A DNA stretch of 64,000 bases from the NCBI GenBank assembly GCA_964585065.1, contig CAZPCB010000002.1, positions 1,006-65,005 of the forward strand. The letters are read 5' to 3'. Every line of letters begins with the position of its first letter. The first letter of the stretch is position 1. This stretch comes from an uncultured Candidatus Saccharibacteria bacterium. Lineage in GTDB: Bacteria; Patescibacteriota; Minisyncoccia; SW-4-49-11. Made by a program: the position numbers and the translations under genes. Positions 1-8,612 of the stretch are shown here, piece by piece. The notes beneath the pieces were generated by a model. The model was given only the letters and a program-made list of their open reading frames with translations, made no database searches and had not been told where the DNA came from.

Positions 1-1
1 G

Positions 2-229
2 TCCCTAACTACAGAACAAAAAGACCTTGCCATACAACATCTCAAACATAATCTAGATACTCATAGTGATTGGATTGTAATCAATACCACTATGGAGACA
101 TTATTCACTTGGAGTAAATCTGACACCACATTAGCTGAATGGCTTATTCCAAGACTTAAAAAATTCCAACAAGATACTCATAAATCAATATCCGGAAGAG
201 CAACTAAATACCTTATAGCCTTATCTTGA
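2..229 (+). CDS. 3' end of a hypothetical helical protein (partial, starts before the window)
   Basis: Hand translation gives an open frame from base 2: SLTTEQKDLAIQHLKHNLDTHSDWIVINTTMETLFTW...KYLIALS, TGA at 227-229. Confidence 0.7.
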   Translation, partial: SLTTEQKDLAIQHLKHNLDTHSDWIVINTTMETLFTWSKSDTTLAEWLIPRLKKFQQDTHKSISGRATKYLIALS

Positions 230-278
230 CTATATCTCTCTTATTCGGTACAATATACAAGTACCTTTCAAATCTAAT

Positions 279-353
279 TCCGCGATAGCTCAGCGGTAGA
301 GCAGTCGGCTGTTAACCGATTGGTCGTAGGTTCGAATCCTACTCGCGGAGCCA
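279..353 (+). tRNA. tRNA-Asn(GTT)
   Basis: Acceptor stem TCCGCGA/TCGCGGA, D arm AGCTCAGCGGTAGAGC, anticodon loop CTGTTAA, T loop GGTTCGAATCC, encoded CCA. Confidence 0.98.
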
Positions 354-720
354 AACAAGATAAAACCAGGGTAATTCCTGGTTTTATCTTTGTTATTACT
401 TTTGTAGAGAGTAGGATGAGAACCTGGGGAAGGGGTCGGGAAACTACTGTTTCCCGTGGTGGAGGGATTGGAACCGAGGGGTTCCAAGGAGTGAATCCCA
501 TTCACGACTGGTTTGCAATCCTACTCGCGGAGCCAAACAAGATAAAACCAGGGTAATTCCTGGTTTTATCTTTGTTATTACTTTTGTAGAGAGTAGGATG
601 AGAACCTGGGGAAGGGGTCGGGAAACTACTGTTTCCCGTGGTGGAGGGATTGGAACCGAGGGGTTCCAAGGAGTGAATCCCATTCACGACTGGTTTGCAA
701 TCCTACTCGCGGAGCCAAAC
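335..720 (+). repeat. Two identical tandem 182-bp structured repeats, each ending in a copy of the tRNA-Asn 3' end
   Basis: AATCCTACTCGCGGAGCCAAAC at 335-356, 517-538 and 699-720; the intervening sequences are identical, period 182. Confidence 0.97.
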
Positions 721-788
721 TCTAAAAAATAGCTAAATTATAAAAACATGGTACAATATAATAGTATATATAATACTAAAAGAATAAT

Positions 789-1331
789 ATGAAAAAAATT
801 GTTAAAATAATTGCATTAATAATAGGTATTGGTGTTTCTTCAATTTTATTAATAGGATTTATATTTACTATAACTGAAGACCCACTAGAAAAAAGCGTAA
901 AAATTATTGTTAAATCTCTAAATGAAAAAGATAGAGTAACATTTGATCAATATGTAGATCTCAAACAACTATCAGACAATATATCAAGGTCTGCTACAGA
1001 AGAGACTGCCCCAGATAGTTTGTCAGAATATAGCAAGAGACCTGATGTAGATGATGGAGATATAAGCTTTTTAAAAGATTTAATTTCAGAATATACTTCT
1101 GGAAAGTATACCGAGGTAGTTGATCTGTACTTCCAAGGTCAAGGAGAGATTAACGGCCCCCTTAAGTTTCTACTAGATATTGATGGGAAAGCAATTCGTA
1201 CAAAAATTACAAAAACTGAGACGAATGGGACTCTAACATATATACCTCCTTCTGGTGTAAATGATACGGAAAAATCTTATATTTTTGAGAAAAGGGGGGA
1301 ATATTGGGTTTTAGTAAATGCAATTAAGTAG
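789..1331 (+). CDS. Hypothetical N-terminally membrane-anchored protein
   Basis: 180-aa ORF with basic N-terminus and hydrophobic helix; lies between tRNA-end repeats. Confidence 0.8.
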   Translation: MKKIVKIIALIIGIGVSSILLIGFIFTITEDPLEKSVKIIVKSLNEKDRVTFDQYVDLKQLSDNISRSATEETAPDSLSEYSKRPDVDDGDISFLKDLISEYTSGKYTEVVDLYFQGQGEINGPLKFLLDIDGKAIRTKITKTETNGTLTYIPPSGVNDTEKSYIFEKRGEYWVLVNAIK

Positions 1332-1353
1332 TTATATTACAACTATAATTTCC

Positions 1354-1591
1354 CCCACTCAAAGGTTCGAACATCCTCTAGCTCCCGGAGCCAAACAAGA
1401 TAAAGCCAGGGTAATTCCTGGTTTTGTTTTTGTTATTGACTTTGAGAAAGTAGGATGAGAACCTGGGGAAGGGGTCGGGAAACGGAAGTTTCCCGTGGCG
1501 GAAATACCAAAACCGAGGGGTTTTGGGGAGTGAATCCCATTCACGACTGGTTTGCAATCCTACTCGCGGAGCAAACTCCCTTTAAATAGCT
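1354..1591 (+). repeat. Third, diverged copy of the structured repeat, with tRNA-3'-end mimics on both sides
   Basis: GGTTCGAACATCCTCTAGCTCCCGGAGCCAAAC, then a unit homologous to 357-516, then AATCCTACTCGCGGAGC at 1556-1572. Confidence 0.95.
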
Positions 1592-1611
1592 TATTTTAGC
1601 TATTTTTTGGT

Positions 1612-2460
1612 TTATTTTTTCAACCACTTATTAAAGAATTCTCTTTGTAATGTATTACTCTCTTTTATAACTTGACTCAATCCATGATCAGCTTCATTGA
1701 AATAATGAAAATCAACACTATTATGACCCGCTTCTATAAGTTTATTGAAAAATTTTACTGCAATACTAGGAATTACTTGGACATCTTGCCCTCCTTGAAT
1801 AATTTGTAATGGAATAGTTTTATCTATCTCTTCTACATTCTGATAGGGAGATTTAGCTTTTATTAGCTCCTCTGAATTTGTATCATACATATCTGAATGC
1901 CATTCTTTCAAACCCGGTCTACTTATATATTCGCTTGCAATATCTAACAGGGAGCTTTGTATACTAACACATCGTATCCAATTTAGAGATTTACGTAATA
2001 TGTTCAAACTCATTAAACCACCTCTACTCATTCCCCTCATTCCAATTCTCGTAGAGTCTACATAGTCCAAGCTATCTATTACTGGTTTTAGATTAATAAT
2101 ATCCTCTAAATCCATACCTGAAAGCTCATCTTTTCCCTCACTACCCCCATTACCAGAGTATTGTGACGCAATTACCACATAGCCCCAAGAGGCAATAATA
2201 CATATAACTCCGATAAGCTTTTTACCAGTTATAACACCAAACTCTTTTGAGCCACCTCTATTGTAGATAATACATGGATATACACCATCTGCTTTTGGTT
2301 TTACAATATATCCTTTGATTTGTCGTCCATCTGAATCATAAGTAAGGTCATATAAATCCAACATGTCTAATGTATTCCAAGTCAATTTTTGCGTATCTAA
2401 AGGGAGAGCCTGCAATGTCTCTTGAACGATAGAATTCCAATCTATAGGTAATAACTTCAT
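1612..2460 (-). CDS. S9 family (prolyl oligopeptidase/acylaminoacyl-peptidase-like) serine peptidase
   Basis: IIYNRGG, nucleophile GMSRGG, GGQDVQV, EADHG triad pattern. Confidence 0.85.
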   Translation of the reverse strand: MKLLPIDWNSIVQETLQALPLDTQKLTWNTLDMLDLYDLTYDSDGRQIKGYIVKPKADGVYPCIIYNRGGSKEFGVITGKKLIGVICIIASWGYVVIASQYSGNGGSEGKDELSGMDLEDIINLKPVIDSLDYVDSTRIGMRGMSRGGLMSLNILRKSLNWIRCVSIQSSLLDIASEYISRPGLKEWHSDMYDTNSEELIKAKSPYQNVEEIDKTIPLQIIQGGQDVQVIPSIAVKFFNKLIEAGHNSVDFHYFNEADHGLSQVIKESNTLQREFFNKWLKK

Positions 2461-2467
2461 GAGATTA

Positions 2468-3685
2468 TTATATATACTTTTGAGCTTCTATCCACTCCTC
2501 CTCGGATAAATTTCCTTTAATCACAAGAGATTTAATATGAGATGATAGGAATTGTTTTGCTAGAGATATAACTTCTTCATAAGATATTGCTCTGACTTGC
2601 TCATAGAAATCTTCTAAGGTAAGATGTATTCCGTCATCATAACGCAACTGAAATCCATAAAAAGACTGTATGTCATATATGCTACCATCTTGAGTTTTTT
2701 CATCACTTATATAAATAGTTTTATATCTTTCTATATCTTGTGGCGTTATCAAAGACTCCAGATTATTAATAGAGTTATAGATAATTTGCAATGACTCTAA
2801 TAGCTTCTCTTTATCTATTTTATATTGAATCTGTATGTCTATACTATTAGGATGTACATTTGAATATGAATCAATCCAATATACTAAACCATTCTTAATT
2901 CGTAGTTCTTGTAATAATACTGAAGTCCAAAAATTAGCTAAAGTTGTTCGTAGAATTGATACAGCCGTGCTAGTTCTAAGGTTTATCGTATTGGGGATAG
3001 CATACCCAAATAAAACTTCTAATGTGTTATCTGATGTTGGAAGCAATCTATTAGTAGATTTTACACTTTCTAAAGCTCCAAGAGATAAAAATGGCTCTAT
3101 AGAATTTACTTCTGAATCTAATATAATCTCATTTATATCTGGAGTAATAATTAATAAATGTGCTTGGTTCTTTGTATAATGCTTTTCTGCATAATAAATA
3201 TACTCCTCATATGTAATGCTATCTAAATCCCCAAATACATTATACGCTAAAGATGTGTTAGAGTACAAAGTATCAGTAAAAATTTTATAGATATTATTTT
3301 GATCATTAGCTTTTTCTTGAGCAATAATATTTTTTTCCTTTTCAAAAGCCTCTCGAGATACTGGTTCTTGATCAAAGTTGTTTAATAATAGTTGTAAAGA
3401 AGGTAAAAGATTATCTAACTCTTGGACATGATAGTAATAGGTTAAATATGCTGTTGTATAAGCATTAGCTCTAATTCCATACTCTTCTAAAGTTTTGGCC
3501 TTAGTATACTCATCATCTCCTCCTGCCCAAAGATGTTCAAAAAAATGAGATAAGCCTTGAGCATTAACATCATCAAGTGCATATCCTCGAGCAAACCAAA
3601 GAGATACAGAAGACATAATTTGTTGCCTATCTTCTATTACTGTAGTCTTAATCCCTTGATATATCCCATGTTTAATAGTGGGCAT
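2468..3685 (-). CDS. M16 family (pitrilysin/insulinase) zinc peptidase
   Basis: Inverted zinc motif HFFEH, NAYT, and C-terminal S.LLQELRIKNGLVY motif. Confidence 0.88.
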   Translation of the reverse strand: MPTIKHGIYQGIKTTVIEDRQQIMSSVSLWFARGYALDDVNAQGLSHFFEHLWAGGDDEYTKAKTLEEYGIRANAYTTAYLTYYYHVQELDNLLPSLQLLLNNFDQEPVSREAFEKEKNIIAQEKANDQNNIYKIFTDTLYSNTSLAYNVFGDLDSITYEEYIYYAEKHYTKNQAHLLIITPDINEIILDSEVNSIEPFLSLGALESVKSTNRLLPTSDNTLEVLFGYAIPNTINLRTSTAVSILRTTLANFWTSVLLQELRIKNGLVYWIDSYSNVHPNSIDIQIQYKIDKEKLLESLQIIYNSINNLESLITPQDIERYKTIYISDEKTQDGSIYDIQSFYGFQLRYDDGIHLTLEDFYEQVRAISYEEVISLAKQFLSSHIKSLVIKGNLSEEEWIEAQKYI

Positions 3686-3727
3686 AATAATGTTGTTTAA
3701 ACTATACTCAGTATATATAAAATAATG

Positions 3728-3752
3728 AGGGAAGGCAACTTGTACCTTCCCT
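3728..3752 (-). terminator. Hairpin/terminator downstream of the small peptide gene
   Basis: AGGGAAGG-N9-CCTTCCCT followed on the minus strand by CATTATTTT. Confidence 0.6.
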
Positions 3753-3788
3753 GTTTGGAACTTGGAGCCTAGTAGCTACCGTTGAGGA

Positions 3789-3869
3789 CTACTTGCTGGG
3801 ACGAGGGGTGGGACGGCCAGAGCCATTCCCCCAACCTTGCGAACCGCCACCACCATTGCTATTGGCCAT
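3789..3869 (-). CDS. Unannotated 26-aa Gly/Pro-rich peptide MANSNGGGGSQGWGNGSGRPTPRPSK
   Basis: Hand translation ATG(3869) to TAG(3789); GC-rich relative to flanks, with own promoter and hairpin. Confidence 0.65.
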   Translation of the reverse strand: MANSNGGGGSQGWGNGSGRPTPRPSK

Positions 3870-3922
3870 TGAAATGAATCTCCGAAACGAAGGGGTAGAG
3901 AGACATTACTGTCTCAAAACCA

Positions 3923-3951
3923 AATCTATCACAAATATTAATATTTGTCAA
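3923..3951 (-). promoter_or_regulatory. Sigma70-type promoter for the small peptide gene
   Basis: Minus strand TTGACA-17 nt (ending TGA)-TAGATT. Confidence 0.65.
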
Positions 3952-3995
3952 TAACTGTCAATTATATTAATTCTTCCTGAAAACCTCCTAGATTA

Positions 3996-4052
3996 CCCAC
4001 TCAAAGGTTCGAACATCGTCTAGCTCGCGGAGCCAACTCTCTTTAAATAGCT
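3996..4052 (+). repeat. Short tRNA-3'-end mimic junction
   Basis: CCCACTCAAAGGTTCGAACATCGTCTAGCTCGCGGAGCCAA matches 1354-1394; the tail CTCTCTTTAAATAGCT matches 1576-1591. Confidence 0.92.
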
Positions 4053-4106
4053 TGATCGTAATATTCTCAATTAATGCTATACTACATGTATATTTAACTC
4101 TATTAT

Positions 4107-5654
4107 ATGAAAGTTAGTAGAAAAATCTTTTTCATAGCCCCAGGGATTATATTGTTATGTGTAGTGATATTAAGTGGGTATATAATAATGAATAGTAATA
4201 CTCAATCAGCTACCTCTCCTAATACACCACCCTACTTAACGGAAGTAAGGGATTATACATTACATAATACTATTTCATTTATAAAACCAATTGATTATAC
4301 AAAATACCAGAATAATCAGGAAGATCTAGATATTGCTATGCAAAAAACCTATCTCGAGGGAGGAATAACTTTTGATGAATTTTTAGAACTGAATAGTATG
4401 GTAAATTTAATAGATAATAATCTTAAAGATATAGAGGCAACTCTATATTACAACTCAGAAACTGTGCTATCTGGAGTTATTTTGAGCTCTAATAAAGAAG
4501 TTTTTTACACAAATGCACGCCAAAAACTACAAGAGTTGAATATTAATTCCCCAGATCTCACCTCTCTCAAAATCACTGAGATATATTTCCGGACCACCTC
4601 TCAAGATTCTAGAGCTTTAGAGTTGGCTTATTTATTCAATATCAACACTGATGTTGAATTTAATAAAAATCTTAAAATAAAACTAGATAATGCTATTAAC
4701 TCTAATAATTACTCCGATTTAGAAAATACAGGGTTAAATATATCTAACCCTTATAATACCGATAATTATGGACTCAAAAGATTAAAAAGGGAGAATGAAG
4801 AAAAGACTAAGAGATTAGCACAAATTGAGTCCTGTATACTTGATTTATATATTCAAGAAGCCGATTTAAAGATTAGATTAAATCAACCTACATGGAGCAC
4901 CAAAAAAGGCCAGTATACAGAAACTATATCTAATCTGAGTAATAAAATTGGATCAATAAACTCACAAGGAGAAAGGACTATAATAGGATGTGAACAATAT
5001 CATTTCCACAATATCCAAATCAGATTCACAAAACCACTCTCTATTAGTGATATTCAGGAGATTGAGAATACCTTACCATTAATTTATCCCAAAAAATATA
5101 TAGCGGAATTAGATCCAGACTATAGGACTAACACTACTAGTACAGAAATAGATATATTAAATGCTCAATTTGATAACTATGAACCTGAAGACTATACTTA
5201 TCGTGATATAGATTTAATAACCACCACATCTACTGAAACTTCACAGTTATTTGCTTTATTTAATCCTGGGAAAAATTGGAAAGATATGAAAAATAATTAT
5301 TATCAAAATCGCACATACTTAAATATCCCTAAAGATAGTGTCGAGAAATATAGAAATGACCAGGATACAATCTATTACTTTACTAACAACCCTCAGTATA
5401 CTAATTTAAGTACTCAGTATATTGATGGTGTTACTCTCTTTACCACAACCCTAGACGATCAATATCTATGCTTACAACAATTATTAACATCAGATAACCA
5501 CTCATCTTGTAGTGTATTCTCTTTAAATCAAAGCCAGAAAAAGCTCTTACAATCCTACATAAAATTGATTGAAATTACCCCTGTAGCACCACATACCCAC
5601 ACAGACTTATATAAATTTGAGGCAAGCCCAACTTCTTCTTTTTGGGTAAAGTAA
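4107..5654 (+). CDS. Hypothetical membrane-anchored/exported protein
   Basis: 515-aa ORF with N-terminal TM helix; no motif recognised. Confidence 0.8.
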   Translation: MKVSRKIFFIAPGIILLCVVILSGYIIMNSNTQSATSPNTPPYLTEVRDYTLHNTISFIKPIDYTKYQNNQEDLDIAMQKTYLEGGITFDEFLELNSMVNLIDNNLKDIEATLYYNSETVLSGVILSSNKEVFYTNARQKLQELNINSPDLTSLKITEIYFRTTSQDSRALELAYLFNINTDVEFNKNLKIKLDNAINSNNYSDLENTGLNISNPYNTDNYGLKRLKRENEEKTKRLAQIESCILDLYIQEADLKIRLNQPTWSTKKGQYTETISNLSNKIGSINSQGERTIIGCEQYHFHNIQIRFTKPLSISDIQEIENTLPLIYPKKYIAELDPDYRTNTTSTEIDILNAQFDNYEPEDYTYRDIDLITTTSTETSQLFALFNPGKNWKDMKNNYYQNRTYLNIPKDSVEKYRNDQDTIYYFTNNPQYTNLSTQYIDGVTLFTTTLDDQYLCLQQLLTSDNHSSCSVFSLNQSQKKLLQSYIKLIEITPVAPHTHTDLYKFEASPTSSFWVK

Positions 5655-5666
5655 TCTCAAGACTAG

Positions 5667-6011
5667 CTACCTCATTAAAAGCCAAATGTCTATTGAGGTA
5701 ATAATTATTGCAGTAATTATGGCAAGTGCGACTATACTAGATCCAATATCTTTAATTCTTTTGATATGAATATTCCACTTAGGTTCCATAAAATCACAAA
5801 TTAACTCTATGGTAGTATTAATCAATTCTAAAATAATAATTGAAATACCAAATAATATCGTTTGCTTTATTAATTCCCAACTTTCCAAAAAAACTTCTAG
5901 TCCAACCAATACCAGAGTAATAATAATTGTTTGTATGATTAGGTTATTATCTCTAGAGAAAGCATATGATAAGCCTTCAACCCATAATTGATATTTTTTA
6001 AGCAGTTTCAT
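5667..6011 (-). CDS. dgkA: Prokaryotic diacylglycerol/undecaprenol kinase family protein
   Basis: Three TM segments; ELINTTIELICD and KRIKDIGSS motifs. Confidence 0.8.
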   Translation of the reverse strand: MKLLKKYQLWVEGLSYAFSRDNNLIIQTIIITLVLVGLEVFLESWELIKQTILFGISIIILELINTTIELICDFMEPKWNIHIKRIKDIGSSIVALAIITAIIITSIDIWLLMR

Positions 6012-6321
6012 AGGGTAGATTATCTTTTACCCTATGAAGCATCCCGACAGCACTATTGATTACATAAAAACCTTGTTTTTCCATAAGTAAAGAAGCTATT
6101 TGAGAGCGTTCACCACTTTTACAGTAGATAATATAGGTTTTCGATGGATCTAATCTTTTTATTTCCTGAACAATATCAGACCTACTAATATCAAAATTTA
6201 CCGCTCCCACTATATGCCCTTGATTAAACTCCTCTAAAGTCCGAACATCAAGTAATATTTCATTCTCTGGTAAATTTTGAGATTTAGATTGAAACTCTTG
6301 GGTTGTAGATATTATATTCAT
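5998..6321 (-). CDS. Rhodanese-like domain protein
   Basis: LLDVRTLEEFNQGHIVGA and active-site YCKSGERS. Confidence 0.92.
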   Translation of the reverse strand: MNIISTTQEFQSKSQNLPENEILLDVRTLEEFNQGHIVGAVNFDISRSDIVQEIKRLDPSKTYIIYCKSGERSQIASLLMEKQGFYVINSAVGMLHRVKDNLPYETA

Positions 6322-6496
6322 GCTATTATAGTAAGCTATATATATACTTTACTACATATATCTATCCATTTCAATTTGTAATCACTTCTCTCTTTTCAAA
6401 TTTATATACTTGTTAGCCATATAATACTTTAGTAGAGAACGTGTATTCTACTATACTAAAATAAAAGTGGATTAAGCACTACTGTCTACCAGTCAA

Positions 6497-6528
6497 ACAT
6501 CGTCTAGCTCCCGAATCCTAGATGATGT
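6497..6528. repeat. Hairpin sharing its left arm with the tRNA-end mimic junctions
   Basis: ACATCGTCTAG-CTCCCGAATC-CTAGATGATGT; left arm plus CTC matches 4013-4026 and 1371-1387. Confidence 0.8.
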
Positions 6529-6573
6529 GGGCAACGTATTAATACAAATCTAATTACCAAATTATTATATTTA

Positions 6574-7302
6574 TCATCTATTTATCCAGGCAAAAATTCT
6601 GTTCAATTCCGATACAATATCCCGATCTAATATTTTTCCATGAGCTATTATAATTCTTTTTGGATTTAAAACTTTAACCCGATCAATTGATTTTTTTAAT
6701 AATTGATGATTACCCCAAAACAATGTTCTCTGGTCTCTCGTTGTGCCTCCATTTGGATGCAAAGCCCCACCTATATATGCTAAAGCTCGGAAAAATGGAT
6801 TGATTTTCTTTGCTTCAAAATTCTCTATAATATCAGTTACAATCCAAGATTTGCTAGGAATATGAAAAAAAGTGTATTCAGTCATAAATCGATTACCAAA
6901 CATAGGTAGAATCTCTAAATCTGGGAAATAATCCCGATCTATGTCTTTTAATTCCCTATCCCATCGTATTGATTGCCCTGCTTGCTGACTTCGCTTTTGA
7001 ACTCCATCACTAGCAAAAGTAATAGCTTCTGGATAGGCTTTTTGAAAATCCTGTATATACCAATAGTGAATTTTATTTGGAGAGATTAAATACTTTACAT
7101 TTCCCAACTCATCTAATTCTTTTTTCAAAGAACTCGTTAAACTAATTGGAGAGTGGATAAAAAGGTCATTATTAGAAAATCTTATTACTACCATTCTCGT
7201 AGTAAATGGCATTCCATAAAAATATATTATAGGACCATCTACAATCCATAGATTTTCACTAATTAATTTTAACGTATGTATTGGTTGATACAAATTATCC
7301 AT
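6574..7302 (-). CDS. DUF4336-like protein (metallo-beta-lactamase-related fold)
   Basis: PFTTRMVVIR, HSPI, ISPNKIHY, IIIAHG motifs. Confidence 0.8.
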   Translation of the reverse strand: MDNLYQPIHTLKLISENLWIVDGPIIYFYGMPFTTRMVVIRFSNNDLFIHSPISLTSSLKKELDELGNVKYLISPNKIHYWYIQDFQKAYPEAITFASDGVQKRSQQAGQSIRWDRELKDIDRDYFPDLEILPMFGNRFMTEYTFFHIPSKSWIVTDIIENFEAKKINPFFRALAYIGGALHPNGGTTRDQRTLFWGNHQLLKKSIDRVKVLNPKRIIIAHGKILDRDIVSELNRIFAWINR

Positions 7303-7403
7303 ATTATTTTTATGATTCTATTGTAATTATACACATTTATATATATTTTATCTACTTATAAAATTTATCTCCTCTCAAAACCATAGTGAGCCCCCTCTAG
7401 GGT

Positions 7404-7460
7404 AATGAGTGCTCTCTAACACTCATTTTTATTATTGATTTTGAGAGAGTAGGATGAGAA
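7404..7460 (+). repeat. Truncated remnant of the structured repeat (hairpin plus inverted tRNA arm)
   Basis: Hairpin AATGAGTG/CACTCATT, then TTATTGATTTTGAGAGAGTAGGATGAGAA matching 1433-1461 and 393-422. Confidence 0.8.
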
Positions 7461-7541
7461 AAACTTAAGAATAAAGAATCCCCCCACTTAGGTGAGAGGA
7501 TTGTTGGAATTAGAGTTTACTTATCTTTCGTAGAGATTAAC

Positions 7542-8513
7542 TCAGTGATTTGCCTTTGCTAATAAAGCCTGTTTACTAGGAATCCGTAGCTGATAAGCCC
7601 AACCAAGACGCTCCAGAAATCGTATGAAGTAGTAGGTAGGGTCTGGTAGTGTTACTATCTTGTCCCCCCGTACTGTAAAACCCTGTCTTGCTGAATATTC
7701 GAAGCCATGATGTAGATTATGCCAACCCTCGCCAAGAGTGATAATAGCCACCCAAGTGTTGTTACGACTACCATCGCGGGTAATGAATGGCTGATCACCT
7801 ACTAAGTGGGCCACAGAGTTTACCGTAGCAACACCGTGGAACAAAAGAGTAGTGCTCAGACAAAATGCAACCAACCATTCTATACCACCGATATGCCAGG
7901 AGATCCAAGCTAATGCCAAAGCTGGCACTATATGTAGTCTATCGATCAAACGTAATACAGGATCAGACTCTATATCAGCTGGTAGGGTACTAGGATGAAA
8001 TCCAGGTGAAAGTATCCAACCTATCTGAGCATGCCAAAAACCATGCAGTCGATTTCTATACATCAGAGGGCTATGAGGATCATCCAAGGTATCAACATGA
8101 CGATGATGGGCCTTGTGATGAGCCTTCCACCAACTTGGTCCCATCTGGCCTGCTGAGGCTGTTATTATGGATCCGATCCACCATACTAGTCTAGGAGCCT
8201 TATAGCTACCATGAGTTATCAAGCGATGGTAAATGGCAGTAATTCCAAGCATCCGTACTAGGTATAATACTGTAGCCCAGAGTATGGCGCATAAGCCAAG
8301 TCTCTCCCGAAACAACAGTAGACAGCCTAGATGTGCAACCAGTATGAATACCGGTCCCATACCATGCAAAAACCGAAGGAGATGGGATTGGGAAATAGAA
8401 TGGGAAGATACTGCTGTGGAACTGATAGATTTTGAATTAAACATCAGCATATTCCAGCCCAAACTGGACCATAAGGACATAAACACCTTAGCATACTTAT
8501 TATGTTTAATCAA
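7542..8513 (-). CDS. Delta-9-type acyl-lipid/acyl-CoA fatty acid desaturase (DesC/OLE1-like); exact start uncertain
   Basis: Three His boxes YHRLITH, HKAHH, GEGWHNLHH; DPHSP; TM segments. Confidence 0.93.
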   Translation of the reverse strand: MIKHNKYAKVFMSLWSSLGWNMLMFNSKSISSTAVSSHSISQSHLLRFLHGMGPVFILVAHLGCLLLFRERLGLCAILWATVLYLVRMLGITAIYHRLITHGSYKAPRLVWWIGSIITASAGQMGPSWWKAHHKAHHRHVDTLDDPHSPLMYRNRLHGFWHAQIGWILSPGFHPSTLPADIESDPVLRLIDRLHIVPALALAWISWHIGGIEWLVAFCLSTTLLFHGVATVNSVAHLVGDQPFITRDGSRNNTWVAIITLGEGWHNLHHGFEYSARQGFTVRGDKIVTLPDPTYYFIRFLERLGWAYQLRIPSKQALLAKANH

Positions 8514-8612
8514 TATACAGAAATATATCTATTCTAGGATATGACACTTCTATCCTTCAAAGAAAAATCCCTCCAGCTGAGCCAAAGGGATTGAGTTAGA
8601 TTGAATTGTAGA

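Noticed and set aside
274-687. Several 60-80-aa ORFs on both strands (also 1359-1544)
   Set aside because: They overlap the tRNA and the GC-rich structured repeats; shadow ORFs.
335-720. CRISPR array (22-bp repeat occurring three times)
   Set aside because: The 160-bp intervening sequences are identical to each other and too long, the repeat is the tRNA 3' end, and there are no cas genes. The exact 182-bp duplication could itself be an assembly artefact, though the diverged copy at 1354-1591 cannot.
1612-3869. PQQ biosynthesis (M16 + S9 peptidases with a short peptide)
   Set aside because: The peptide has no ExxxY motif and no pqqBCDE genes are in the window.
1354-4052. Additional or split tRNA genes at the GGTTCGAA...GGAGCCA sites
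   Set aside because: Only T-arm/acceptor 3' fragments; no D arm, anticodon arm or 5' acceptor strand.
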